DNA of 51,669 nt from Candidatus Omnitrophota bacterium (GCA_026387265.1 JAPLLZ010000054.1:1-51669), one strand, 5' to 3'. Positions 1 to 11,656 are shown, counted from the stretch's first letter. Notes: generated by a model from the letters alone, not told the origin. Translations and numbers: made by a program.

Positions 1-3000
1 ATAGAAGATATCCGCCGTACCCATGCTACCTTTATATAGCCAGGTAATATTTTTATCCGTCGCCCCAACTAACCAGTTCTGGCTGGCATCCGGCTGCTGA
101 ATGGTGAATGAACCGATGATATCAAAACTGGCACTGGTGCCGTAGACATTGACATTACCGTTATCTACCACCCTAACCTTAATATCATCACTAATCGCAT
201 CGGGGATATTGTTCCAGGTATAATTTTGTGTCGCATCCACAGTACCGGTATCATTAATGACATTGGTAAATTCACCTGCATTTTTAGAATAATACAATTT
301 AACGTAGGAGACTTTAGTGGAACCATTTAAGCTCCAGGCAATGGTGTTAGAGTTAGAGCCGACCACTAAATTTACATCCTGGGCCGGCTGGCTTACGGTT
401 ATCTTAGGTCTCATAGAGAAGGCCGCCGCAGATACACCATACACATCCGGATATCTTAATGGGTCAGCATCAGATACCCTAATAAAACAGGTCTCGGAAT
501 TCTCATCGGCAACTGAGGTCCAAGTATAAGAGTTAGCTCCAGGAAGATGTCCGCTATGATCAGCAATAATTGTACTCAAGCCCCCCGTGGGGGTAGTTTT
601 ATATTCAATTTTTACATTAGAGATTGTTCCATATTCATACCAGCTGATATCTTTGGAATCTCCTTTATACCAGACCTGGCCGCCGTTAGGAACAATATCG
701 GTAATCGCACCCAATATTTTTATAGCATTAGCACAAACAGCAGCAACATTGACATCGGCAGAATGGCTTATTCTAACTTTTACACTATTACTGACCGCAT
801 CAGGAATTTCCCAATCAAATGTTTTTTGAACATTATGAGCAGAGTTAGCCACTTCCTGAATTAAATGCGTCTGGCCTTCATCGCTAAAACCGTTCGTAGA
901 ATATTCTACTTTAATCGGAGAATATGTTCCTTGTGGAGTCCATTTGATCTGATGAGTTGAACCAACTGCCCATTTCAACCCGGATTCAATCGGCTCATTC
1001 ATAACAATTTTACCTTCAATCTCAAAGGCATCACTCTCTGCGAATACCTCGGTATTATTCACTTGTTCTATCCGCACCTTAGCTGCTTTGGCATTATTAG
1101 TGATTGAATCCAGAGGCAAACTAAATCCCGCGTATGGGCTGGCGTTAAAAGCAACAGTAGCTACAGCAGTTCCCCAGGGAGGATTACCGGTTTTAGAAAA
1201 ATAAATACTTACATTACCCATCGGCGCGGTACCCAGAGTAGTCCAGGCAATCGAGAATGGATCACTGATATGGCCGATCGTAGCAGTAGTCGGAGCAGTA
1301 ATACTGATCCCGCTTTTAACCATAAAGCTCGGGCTGGGACAATAGACTACGGCATATCCGGCATCCGATACTTTAATTTTAGCACCAGCGGCGGATAGTA
1401 TATCCTGATTTGTAGGAATGCTCCAATCATACGGGCTAAGCGCAGAACCACGGGAAGCAACAATGTTATAAGCATAAAGATCTGCACCGTTATCCTTGGA
1501 ATAATCGATACGGACATTATCTACTATGCCGGTAACTGACCAAGCGATATTGTTATTGCTTGTACCAATCGTCCATTTATCCGTAGCAATAGGCGAAGTA
1601 ACCGCGATAATTGCACGGACTTCAAAAGTTGCAGATATTGCCCGGGTTGCTTCTTCGTTATTCGGATCAGATATTCTTAACTTACAAGTTTTGGAATTAG
1701 TCGTAATAGGAACTGACCAGTTATACTCACCTGTGTTATCAAATAACCCAGTGCCTCCTCCTATATTATTATAGGCAATGCCATCTGTGGAGAACTCTAG
1801 TTTTATCTGAGGAATATTTGTTCCAGTCTTGCTCCATTTAACCAAATAGCTTGAACCAGCGGGTAAAACTTCTCCATCTGCCGGGCCAGGATCATTAAAG
1901 GTAAATGATCCCTTAATCTTAAAGGCCACACTTTCATCTAATTCTTTATTAGGATTACCAACAGAGGTAACTTTTACTTTTACGCTATTTGATACTGAAT
2001 CAGGTATAGACGGAGACCATGTCCAGCTTCCTGAACCGCCCGTACCTTTAGAAATACCTGTAGCGATCGGATCGCCATAACCAGTACCGTAATCATAGTA
2101 AACATTTACATCTGATATGCTTCCTGTATATAACCAGGTAATATTTTTATCCGTAGACCCCACTGTCCAGTTAGAAGTATCATTTGGCTGCTGAACAGTA
2201 ATGGAACCAATAATGTTAAAAACCGCAGACAAACCAAAAACATTGGGATTACCCGTCCCTCCAGTTTTATCCACAACCTTAACTACCGTAGTGCCTCCAA
2301 GATTATCCGGGATGCTGCTCCAATTACAAGTCCCTAACGTCGCATCAACTCCAGTAAGAATCGTCTTATCAAACGGACCGCTTATACCATTGGTGCTAAA
2401 AAGCACATCCACATTTGAAACTTTGGCTGAACCATTTAAGCTCCAGACAATGGCATTACTATAAGAAGTCCCCACAATAAAATCCGCCCCCAGTACCGGC
2501 TTGCTTACGCTGATTACCGGCCGCATGGAAAACGGCGCCGCAGACTCAATCGGTATCGCTAAATTATTGTGGTCGCTTATTTTAATATAGCAATCTTCAC
2601 TGTTGATATCCGGCACGACCGGCCAGATATATTGATTGCTGCCGACACTATGCCCGGGATCATTAAGTACAATAACACCATCGTAACTTCCGCTAAAAGA
2701 AGTTTTATATTTAATATCTACATTAGTAATCGTGCCACTGGCCGTCCAGGAAATAGTTTTATTGGTTTCATCTTTATACCAAATCTGGCCGCCGTTAGGG
2801 CTCATCGCCGTAAAAGCGCCTTTAATGGTAAATGGATTATCGCTGGCATCACTCACTGGTAAACCGCCGATACTAGTCAAGCGTAGATAAACAGTATTGC
2901 GGATAAAATCAGGAACTTCCCAGGGAAATGGTAATGTCGCAGATGGCCAACCAGGATGCGCAGTATGTAAATCCGTAGCAAAAGTCGGATCCGTAGAATA

Positions 3001-6000
3001 TTCAATTTTTAAATTACCAATAGTCCCAGTCTTCTCCCAAGTTACATCAAAATTCGCACCGACCGCTAAAGTATTATAGCCATTGGGATCCGTAAGCAGT
3101 ATCGAGCCCTTAATATAGTTGTCCGCGGTAGTCTCTCCGAATACTTGCGCGTTACTCTTGTCCGAAACTTTAACTTTAGCAGTAGACGTAATCGTATCCG
3201 GAACCGTCCAGGCGTAAGTCTTAGTTCCGGCAGGCAAAGCACCCGCCTGATCAATAATAGAATGCCATAATGTTCCATCAAAATAATCAATCACATAACC
3301 CGGGATATTACCGTTAAAAGTCCACTCCAGAGTAAAAGGTTTACCGACGACTAACGTCTCGGCGTTCATCGGATGAACCATAAATATACTACCGATAATT
3401 GCGTTTTCCCCGGTAGAGATATCAATTACATCGTTGGCATTAGTTTTTTCATAAATACGCGCCTGAACCGTTGCGCTAGGATCATCAGGAATTGTCCAGT
3501 CAAATTCAGCCGTTGCCCCTGATGTTCCGGCATTAATATCTTCTGCACCAATCACATTCTTCCATTCGGTATGCCCGGAATCAGTAGAATATTCTATTTT
3601 ACATTTACCGAGCGTACCGGTAGGAATCCATTTAATTAGATAGTGATTGGTAATGGGCATATTCACATTGGCATTAGGCTGCACCAATTGTAAAACTCCC
3701 ATAATGGCAAATAACTGAGAATCGCTTTTTACAGTGCTATCGCCAACCTTAGATATCCGCACTACCGTATCACCATTAGGGCTATCTGGAATAGTCCAGC
3801 CATATTTTAAAGAAGTAGGATCCAAATTATCGGCAATCGCCGGGGTCTCCCAAGTACTTCCGGCATCTAATGAATATTCTATCTTTATCTTCTCAACCTT
3901 ACCTTTAGGGGCCAGCCACTCAATATCCGGGCTTGCTTCAACCCGCCATTTAGAATTCGCGTCGGGCTTAGTAATCTCCAGGACCGGTTTAATCTTAAAA
4001 TCATTAGTACTAACTCCATATACGGTAGGTTCAGTTGAATCGCTCACCCGGATACGGCAGGTATCAGAAGTAACTAAAACATATTGTCCTGTGGGAATAG
4101 GCCAAGTATAAGGATGCGAGTTAGCGGCGCGTCCGGCCAGAACTTCAATAGGATAACCGCCTGTTCCGCTGGCCGTATCCAGATAAATATCAACGTTGGC
4201 GATGGTGCCGGTAAAACTCCAGTCGATATTATTAGATATGCCGTTTACCGTCCAGGTTTCGGGACTGCCGGGATTTTTCCCCGGAGCAACCAAAGTAACT
4301 GTGCCATGAACCGAGAAATCCGCAATTGATGCATCATTAACATATGTTGCATCAGAAACCTGCACAATCTTTACCCTATATTTATTACTGGTAGTATTAG
4401 GAACCGGCCAAGAATAGTGACAGATATGGCTGCCGTCTTCATTATTATTATAAGACTTAGTGGTAATTAAATTAGGATAACCGTCCAGGCCGCTGTTGGT
4501 ATCATAATATAAACTAATATTGCCAAGGGTACCGGTATATTTCCATTGGACATCAATAGGATCGCCGCCCACATGATAAGGAGCGCTATTATTAGGTGAG
4601 CCGCCCGGCTCAGGCGCCAAATCCAGAGAACCTTTGATCTGGAAGGCTTCTGATTCATCATTAACATCAGTATCGGTTTCCGCTTCAACCTTAATCTTAT
4701 TATCCACGTTAAGATCTACAGCATCTGGAACAGTCCAATTATAGTTAGGCAGCGAAGAATCTACACCGGTAGCAAAAGCCGCTCCGTAAGTTACGCCGTC
4801 AGGAGCAAAATAAAAAGCCAACGTGCCGATATCGCCGGTTTTAGACCAGGTGATCAGATGGCCTGAACCTACAATTAAAGCCGTGGCATTTTGATTGGAA
4901 TTATTAGGGCTGGTAATCGCCACCGTCCCCTTAACCTCAAAAGTATTTTCGGAAGTAATATTGATATCATTGGGGAAAGCATTGCTTTCCACGCGGATAC
5001 GCAATTTATCGCTAATCGGACAGGCTACCGGATCCCACAAATACCCATCAGCATTCAAAGTATTGGTAATAATCGTCCCAGTCGATCCGCCGTCGATGCT
5101 GTATTTTATATTTACCGTAGGCACATTACCTTGAGTAGTCCAGGTAATATTACGCTGCTCTCCTAAACGCCAAACCTGGCCGCCATTAGGCACCAAGTTA
5201 ATCAGGCGAGAACGTATGGTCAAAGGCTGCGCAGAAACAGAATTAATCGCTGAATCCGAGCTACTCACTACTTTGATTTTTACCTGGGTATTTTTACCAT
5301 TATCTCCGGCTTTAAAAGGATTACCATTGACTGGTAAAGTCCAAGTATAGGTACCATTACCTGTACCTGCTGGAATAGTATTGGTATTATCAATGACATT
5401 AATAAAAAGATCGTTGCCATTATCTTTAGAATAAAATAAATTTACTGTTCCTAATTGCCCGGTAACATTCCAATTTATCAGCTCTTCGGTTCCGCATAAC
5501 CAAGTTAGCGCCGAATCTCCAGAGTTAATCGAAGGACGCGTAAGTGTAACTGTCCCGCGGATAGTAAAATCATTTTCGCTTACTGAGAAAACTTCAGTAG
5601 CTTTTCCTGTTTGATAAACTTTAACGCGCGCTTCTTGTCCAACAATCCCGGCCACATCCGGTATCGTCCACTCATACGCCCCGAGGCTGGCATTTACGCC
5701 GTTAACGATAAAACCTTGATAGCCGTCAACACCACTATTGCCATCCCAGCGTAATTCCACCGTACCAAAGGTAGTCGGATTAGCAGTCCAGGTAATATTT
5801 AAAGGATCCCCGACAAATTTACTAATCCCGGTGGCTGTCGGATAAGTTAATTTAAGATAAGGAATTACTTTAAAAACCGAGGATGCACCGGCGGTTCCGG
5901 TGGTCAAATCCTCATCGCCGTCCAAAGCAACTTTAATTTTAACCGTGTCACTTCTGTGTGCAGGTAAAACCGTCCATTCGTAAGTTCTGGGAGTAGCAAT

Positions 6001-9000
6001 ATTTACTACGCCTTCGGTTAAAAGCACCGGCCAGGAAGTTCCTCCATCTAAGGAAAGGCGGATATCCGCGGTTCCGGTTATAGTACCAAAAGTAGTCCAG
6101 GTGATAACTTTGGTATTACCTTCCCCGGCATCAGTAACCCTTAAGATCTCATTAAGATGCGGCTCACCAACCGTAATGGTTCCTTTAATACTAAACGGGA
6201 CATCAGAATCATCATAAATATTCTCATTATCTTTATTGCAAACGCGGATTAAAACATTATTAGCGCCCAGATCATTAGGCACCGTCCAATTGAATGTCTG
6301 CATTACCTCCTGGGTACCGGCAGCAAGATTATTTTCCGGACGGGCATTTGCACAATAATTCCAAGAACCTGCCCCGACTTTATATTTAATCACCACATAA
6401 TCCATCGCGCCATGTATGGTCCATTTAATCGGTTTAACTTCATTATATCTCCAGATCTCTCCTCCAACAGGCTCATTCACAGTGATAGAAGCCTTCAAAT
6501 GGAAATCTGCGCTTACACCGTAAACCGTAGGATCATTTGCTTGCACGACTTTAATTTTAGAGGTGGGACTTGAACCGGTGACCGAAAGAGGAATATTCCA
6601 AATCCATGATCCACCCGCCGCATCAGTACCGGCAGCAACACTGCTGGCAATCGGCAATTCCCCATAAGTAAAACCAGCGTTACTGGAATAAAATATATTT
6701 ACTGTACCGTCGCTTGTGCCCCCTCCTAATAAACCCTTCTTAGACCAGGAAATCGTTTTAGTGTCTCCAGATAACCAAATCTCATCAGTAGTAGGAGAAA
6801 CATTATAAATATTGCCTTTTAAAGTAAAATTACTGGTGGGGCTTTCCACCAACCCGGCATCTCCGTAATTAAGAATAATTTTTAATTTATTCTGCGTGCC
6901 AATTAAATTCTCGCCGCCTAAACTTGATGGAATACCTGCCCAGCTCCAGGTGTTTCCGCTAGAACCGTCGTTGCCGGGAACAGCCACAGCCGTTAAGGTC
7001 TGGTTAAAATTGGTTCCGTCAGTAGACAACTTAATCGTGGCATTTGCCGGAGTGAGCCCGTTTAAGTTTCCATTCGTGGCCCAGGAAATATCATGCGTTT
7101 CTCCAATTAACCAGGTATTCGGAGGCTGGACAATAGTAAACTTTCCCCGGATGGAAAAATTAGCGTCTGAAACATCATAAAATCTGGTCGGCGTACCCGG
7201 ATCTTTATCAGAATCAATAACCCGCACCCTTAGCTGATTACCCACCAGATTACCGGAAGTGCTATAACTAGCCGGAACCGTCCATTCCCAACGCCCTTCA
7301 TTTTCTACGCTGGAGTTATTATTCACATCCAGCCCGGTAATTAAGGCCAAGGGAAGCCAGCTTGAGCCAGCGTTTGTCGAAAGTTCAATCCTTACTTTAT
7401 GTGCACCGTTAGTTCCCGTACCCAGCATACTCATCATATCGGCATACTTCCAGACAATATCGTGATTTTCACTTACCGCCCAACTTTCACCGCCGTTGGG
7501 GGAGATCACGGTAATCGGCGTCAACTCCGTGAGCGCCCAATTAAGCGTTACGTTACCAGTAGTTGTAGTATTAACGCGGGATATAGTAAAAGAATTCACC
7601 GTATCGGTTTCGCGAGCGGTATCTTCAAGTTGCCACTTGCCTAAAGTAGCATTGTAGCCAAATTTATTGACCGTCCCCAAGTAAGCACTCGCCACCCATA
7701 TTTTATCTAGGTCATTATCATATGCTATACCATACGGATACGAATCAGCAACTAATGAATCGATAACTTCCCCACTTTCAGGGTCAATTACGTCGACGAC
7801 ATTGGAGCCTTCGCACACCACCAACATCTTATTACGCGTACTATCCCAGGCCATCTGCCTGGGCATAAGATCAGTAGGTAAAGCATCAGTAGTAGAATTG
7901 GTAGTGACTGTAGCACGATTATCCGTCATAAATGCTCTGCGCACATAGTTACCGGTAGAGGAATTGACAATCGATGAGACTGCCCAGAGAGTATCCTGAG
8001 TCATACTGCCAACACCTTTAGTCGGCGCATAGAAAATCATAGCATAGTATTGATTTGTAGAACCAAAATCCGGGTTTAATGAACGATTACCATCCGAACA
8101 ACGAAACCTATATATATTGTCATCCAGCTCGGTGACCACCCACATGTAATTTGTGGCATCACTTGGCGTAGGATCATAACATATCCCGGTAGCGCGTCCT
8201 TGCGACCCGTTATAGTTAGTCACCGTATAAGGACTAGCATACATCATCTTGGAGGTAACTGGATAAGGAGTGGCCCCTGTATAATAGTTAGCAGTCCAGG
8301 CACAGTTTGTACTCGGATCCCAGGAAATATCGACGGGATTTTGCCCGACACTGTAGGTGCGCTCAAACGCCCCGGTTGAGGCATTTAGGCGCGTAACGGA
8401 ATTAGCAGAGTAATTGGCAATCCATATTGAACCGCCGCCATTAGTTACGGCAATCGGGTTGGTGCCGGTAGCGTAACTGCCGATTTTTGCTCCGGTGGCC
8501 GCGTTATATTTGGTAACGGTATTGGCCGCATAGTTGGTAACCCATACCGCCTTAGGATTAGTTGATGAATCATAACAAACTCCTTTTACGCTTAACTTTG
8601 TAAAACTCGGAGCAAAGCGTACCTCGTCATCATAGGTAGCAGTAGCTGTATCTGTCGGGCCTGATGTATTTATTATCGGGAACATGCGCATGGTATCAAT
8701 TACCGGGTTCAGTGTTGGATCTGCTGGACCAACTGAACCAGTGGCTACAGCTGTATCGTATACCGAACGAACATTAGTACCCTGATCCGTCATTTCCACC
8801 ACAAACCAATCTATAACAATATTAGAGCTTGCTACAGTTGCGGCGCGATCAAATTGTACTTGCGAAGCATTCAATATCTTACCCCGCACATTATCATATG
8901 CCTCTACACCGACAACATACCTATTTGATCTATAAGTATAGATTAAAAATGCATGGTCTAGATTAGTAATATCAGGGTCAGCGTGGCCGGGATTTATATT

Positions 9001-9492
9001 TTGCGTTTTTGTAGTATCAGCCGCTGCCAAAACCGTCTCCCCGGCCGTCACAATCGCTCCATCAGTAAATTCCACCACCTGCCAAACCACATTTACCGTT
9101 CTAGCATAAACCGTAGTGCCGTATTGCGTAGAATCACGTTGAAGATGCAATGTACTTTTATTGGGAATATCAGCGCTGATTTGGGCAATCTGTTCGCAAT
9201 CACTTCTGGCAAAATTCGCACGGGCCTGAACAATGGCAAACGCCTGGTAATTATCGGCCAGATCCGAAGTGAGAGTAATGGTTTTTTGGGTATACGCCGG
9301 GTTAGTCACTGCTCCCGGAGAAAAAGCACTTATCCCGCGCTGAACATTGACTCCTGAGGCAAATTCAACTACTACATAAGTCACGTTGCAGGCGACAGTG
9401 GCATAATCGCGCGAAATAATTAATTTACTATCGGATTCAAAAACAGCAGTAAATAAAACATTGCGACTGTATTGGTGGTATTGGACGCCGGG
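1..9492 (-). CDS. Giant adhesin-like surface protein, main reading frame (>3,160 codons, 3' end outside the window): 3-4 N-terminal beta-sandwich repeats, a beta-propeller (about 8600-7650), then about 24 tandem ~100-aa Ig-like modules
   Basis: Manual minus-strand translation gives coherent protein in the same frame at 9468, 8760, 8520, 540 and 1 (e.g. VNVVWQVVEF, AVWVTNYAANTVTKYN, ITVISPNGGESW, NWLVGATDKNITWLY). The ORF track has no in-frame stop-terminated ORF here, consistent with a frame that stays open to base 1. Confidence 0.9.
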
Positions 9493-9698
9493 CTAGGATA
9501 TAGCAAGACCATTGTCTTAGACTGATTTACTGATTGTATATCTATTACCTGCGAGATATCATCAGAACCGAAATAAACTGAACCCATCTGCGACCGCTTA
9601 ACCTGGGCGGCCTGCGCATTATTAACCAAAAAAAGCATTACCACTAAACTCAAGGCTAAAGGTAATTTTCTAAATTTTTTAATAAAATTAAGCCACAT
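9420..9698 (-). CDS. N-terminal segment of the giant protein (Sec signal peptide plus half of the first repeat), cut off from the main frame by a -1 frameshift
   Basis: ATG at 9698 lies 1 nt after the upstream TAA. MWLNFIKKFRKLPLALSLVVMLFLVNNAQA is a signal peptide with an AQA cleavage motif. The frame stops at TAA 9420 while the -1 frame completes the repeat (SRNVLFTAVFESDSKLIISR...VVVEF). Confidence 0.8.
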   Translation of the reverse strand: MWLNFIKKFRKLPLALSLVVMLFLVNNAQAAQVKRSQMGSVYFGSDDISQVIDIQSVNQSKTMVLLYPSPASNTTNTVAMFYLLLFLNPIVN

Positions 9699-9699
9699 T

Positions 9700-10176
9700 T
9701 TATTTTTTTGGCCCTTCTTCTTTAGGAAGCTGCGTTCCAAATGGCACAATTTCCTCAAAAGACTGCAACTCTTTTGACACAGGACTCATAAACCTAACTA
9801 CCCTGGCTAATTTAGTCAACACCCTAGTTTTGCTTCTCTCTTCACCGTTAACTGTCTCTTTGGAAACTTCAGATATCTCTGCATATTTTATCCAAACACC
9901 CTCTCCGGGAATAATCTCTTTCAGGCTATTCTTGCGTTCCACTTTAGTGTCTTTATCAATGGTCAAGGCCATTTCATAAGATGTTCTTTTATCCAACCCG
10001 TAATTAATGGCAATAAAATTAGAGGTAATGGCCACTACCTTGCCTTCTAAAATTTTCTCTTGGGTTACTTTTTTAGGTTTGTTAGCTTCTAAAGGCTCTT
10101 CAGTAAATCCCAGGCTCTTTATACCTAAAACTAAAACCAGCACCAATACCAATTTAATGATTCTTAAGCCTATCAC
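9700..10176 (-). CDS. Exported hypothetical protein (small OB-fold/DUF5666-like)
   Basis: ORF 9700..10191. The more likely start is GTG at 10176, after a GGAGGGG Shine-Dalgarno and overlapping the upstream TAG (TAGTG). Hydrophobic N-terminus; LEGKVVAI...IDKDTKV...GEGVWIKY pattern. Confidence 0.65.
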   Translation of the reverse strand: MIGLRIIKLVLVLVLVLGIKSLGFTEEPLEANKPKKVTQEKILEGKVVAITSNFIAINYGLDKRTSYEMALTIDKDTKVERKNSLKEIIPGEGVWIKYAEISEVSKETVNGEERSKTRVLTKLARVVRFMSPVSKELQSFEEIVPFGTQLPKEEGPKK

Positions 10177-11441
10177 TATTTTCCCCTCCAATACTCACCG
10201 GTAAATGTAAAATCCTGCACGGCTAAGCCTTCTTTACGTAAGCTTAAAACACCCTTCATTTTACCATCAGAACTAATATCTGCTCGCCATAGTGCTATTC
10301 CTGTAGGAGCCGCTTGCATCGTCTCCCAAATAATTTTTCCGCTCTCTCCGTTTCTTATGGAATAATTTGAAGAGGCGAATTTTTTCTGTTCTAAGTTTGT
10401 CGAAATAAATTTTTTCTGAGAAAAAGTCAGGGTGTCGGTTTGCGCGGCGCCTCCGGAAGCTGGTGTAAGAGTAATCTGCCAGATGGTGCCTTCCAAGGCT
10501 TCCTGCGGTTTTGGCGTTGAACGAACAACCGGCTGTGCCTCTGCTACTTTTACAGAAGCAGAAGTTTTATCCAGGTTTAAAAAAACCGGTTTGCTCTCTT
10601 TAGCTGTAACCGCACGCTCTTCATTTAGAATAACGCCTTTATTTCCCTTAAGCGCAAACTTAGCTACTAAGGTCAACCCTAATCCTACCAATGCCACCAC
10701 TAAAATTGTAGTGCCGACTTTTAATCCCGGGCCTTTTACCGGCTCTTTAGTTTCATTATCGCCTGCTTTTTCATCTTGGCTTTCTTTATTTATGAATTCA
10801 GCCCTAACCCGATTCTGAAATTCCACTCCCCCTAAAACTCCTTTTTTCTGCAGGGCATTATGCAGATCTAAATCCCCAGCCTTGATTAATTCTTGCATAA
10901 ACTGTTCATATGTTTTCTGTCCCAATAAATTCAAAATTATATTTCTTTCTTCCTGCATAAATTCCTGCATGGGCATCTCTTTATTTATATAAAGAGAATA
11001 GCTGGTGTAAGGATAATCTTTTGCGGAAAAAACCAGGTTGAGTTTTTGCGGATTTAAATGAATATACGCGGTAAGTTTTAAAAGATAGGAATCCTTTTCC
11101 ACCAGGGCAGTTTTAAACCTGTCTCTAAAGAGATGGCCTTTTCTACCGTATTTGCCATTAAAGTATTTAGTGTAAGAAGAATTCAGCCCATGCATAATCT
11201 CCGAAATTCCTCCCTTAAAATCTTCCTGGTCCTGATCAGGTAATTCTAATAGAAGATGAAAATGGCTCGGAAGTAGAGCGTAAGCATATAATTTAAATTT
11301 ATATTGTTCTTTGTATTTTTTTAATAATTCAAAATACGCATTGTAATCTGACTCTTCCTTAAATATATCCTGATTATAAATACAGCGGCTGGTTATGTAA
11401 TAGAGTGCATCTTCTAATGATATTCTCGGTGGTCTTGGCAT
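10176..11441 (-). CDS. REP-associated tyrosine transposase (RAYT/Y1 HUH) domain fused to a transmembrane helix and an exported beta-domain
   Basis: N-terminal motifs MPRPPRI, YYITSR..NQDIF, SHFHLL (HUH), YFNGKYGRKGHLFRDRF and YIHLNP (catalytic Tyr). TM segment TTILVVALVGLGLTLVAKFAL. C-terminal domain paralogous to 13858..14442. Confidence 0.9.
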   Translation of the reverse strand: MPRPPRISLEDALYYITSRCIYNQDIFKEESDYNAYFELLKKYKEQYKFKLYAYALLPSHFHLLLELPDQDQEDFKGGISEIMHGLNSSYTKYFNGKYGRKGHLFRDRFKTALVEKDSYLLKLTAYIHLNPQKLNLVFSAKDYPYTSYSLYINKEMPMQEFMQEERNIILNLLGQKTYEQFMQELIKAGDLDLHNALQKKGVLGGVEFQNRVRAEFINKESQDEKAGDNETKEPVKGPGLKVGTTILVVALVGLGLTLVAKFALKGNKGVILNEERAVTAKESKPVFLNLDKTSASVKVAEAQPVVRSTPKPQEALEGTIWQITLTPASGGAAQTDTLTFSQKKFISTNLEQKKFASSNYSIRNGESGKIIWETMQAAPTGIALWRADISSDGKMKGVLSLRKEGLAVQDFTFTGEYWRGK

Positions 11442-11456
11442 TCTTTACCTTCTTTT

Positions 11457-11485
11457 ACCTGGCACTTTTCATTTGTGCCTGACAC
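11457..11485. repeat. REP-like hairpin immediately upstream of the RAYT-fusion start codon
   Basis: ACCTGGCAC-TTTTCATTT-GTGCCTGACAC: GGCAC/GTGCC arms plus the quasi-palindrome GTGCCTGACAC, 16 nt from the ATG. Only one copy seen in the window. Confidence 0.45.
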
Positions 11486-11500
11486 TTTTTATAATTTTAC

Positions 11501-11530
11501 AAAAAAAACCAGCCATTTTTCCTGGCTGGT
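11501..11530 (-). terminator. Intrinsic terminator (riboswitch expression platform)
   Basis: ACCAGCCA-GGAAAAA-TGGCTGGT followed by a T run, located between the aptamer and the RAYT-fusion gene. Confidence 0.85.
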
Positions 11531-11559
11531 ATTAGTTAGCTGCTTTTAAACTTTTAAAT

Positions 11560-11640
11560 TCTAGCAACCTGCCAATCCTTAAACCTAGGATGCACGGCTT
11601 TGCGTCCCTCAATCTCTTGAGGTTTGCCCTTCGAACTATT
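11560..11640 (-). ncRNA. c-di-GMP-I (GEMM) riboswitch aptamer
   Basis: Minus strand reads GGGCAAACC-TCAA-GAGA-TTGA-GGGACGCAAAGCC...GGCAGGTTGC, matching the GGCAAACC / GNRA-capped P2 / GGGACGCAAAGCC hallmark of the class I c-di-GMP aptamer. Confidence 0.92.
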
Positions 11641-11656
11641 TTTTCTTTCTGGTAAA

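Noticed and set aside
317-9357. Many short plus-strand and off-frame ORFs in the ORF track
   Set aside because: They are antisense or out-of-frame shadows of the giant minus-strand gene and show no independent protein signatures.
9423-9492. Programmed ribosomal frameshift or polymerase slippage site
   Set aside because: No X-XXY-YYZ heptamer in the right register, the longest run is T5, and the 9-nt imperfect tandem repeat would not change frame by slipping. The frameshift is reported but the mechanism is unsupported.
10176-11441. Active IS200/IS605 insertion sequence
   Set aside because: No tnpB or paired IS ends. The gene is fused to a TM domain, translationally coupled and riboswitch-controlled.
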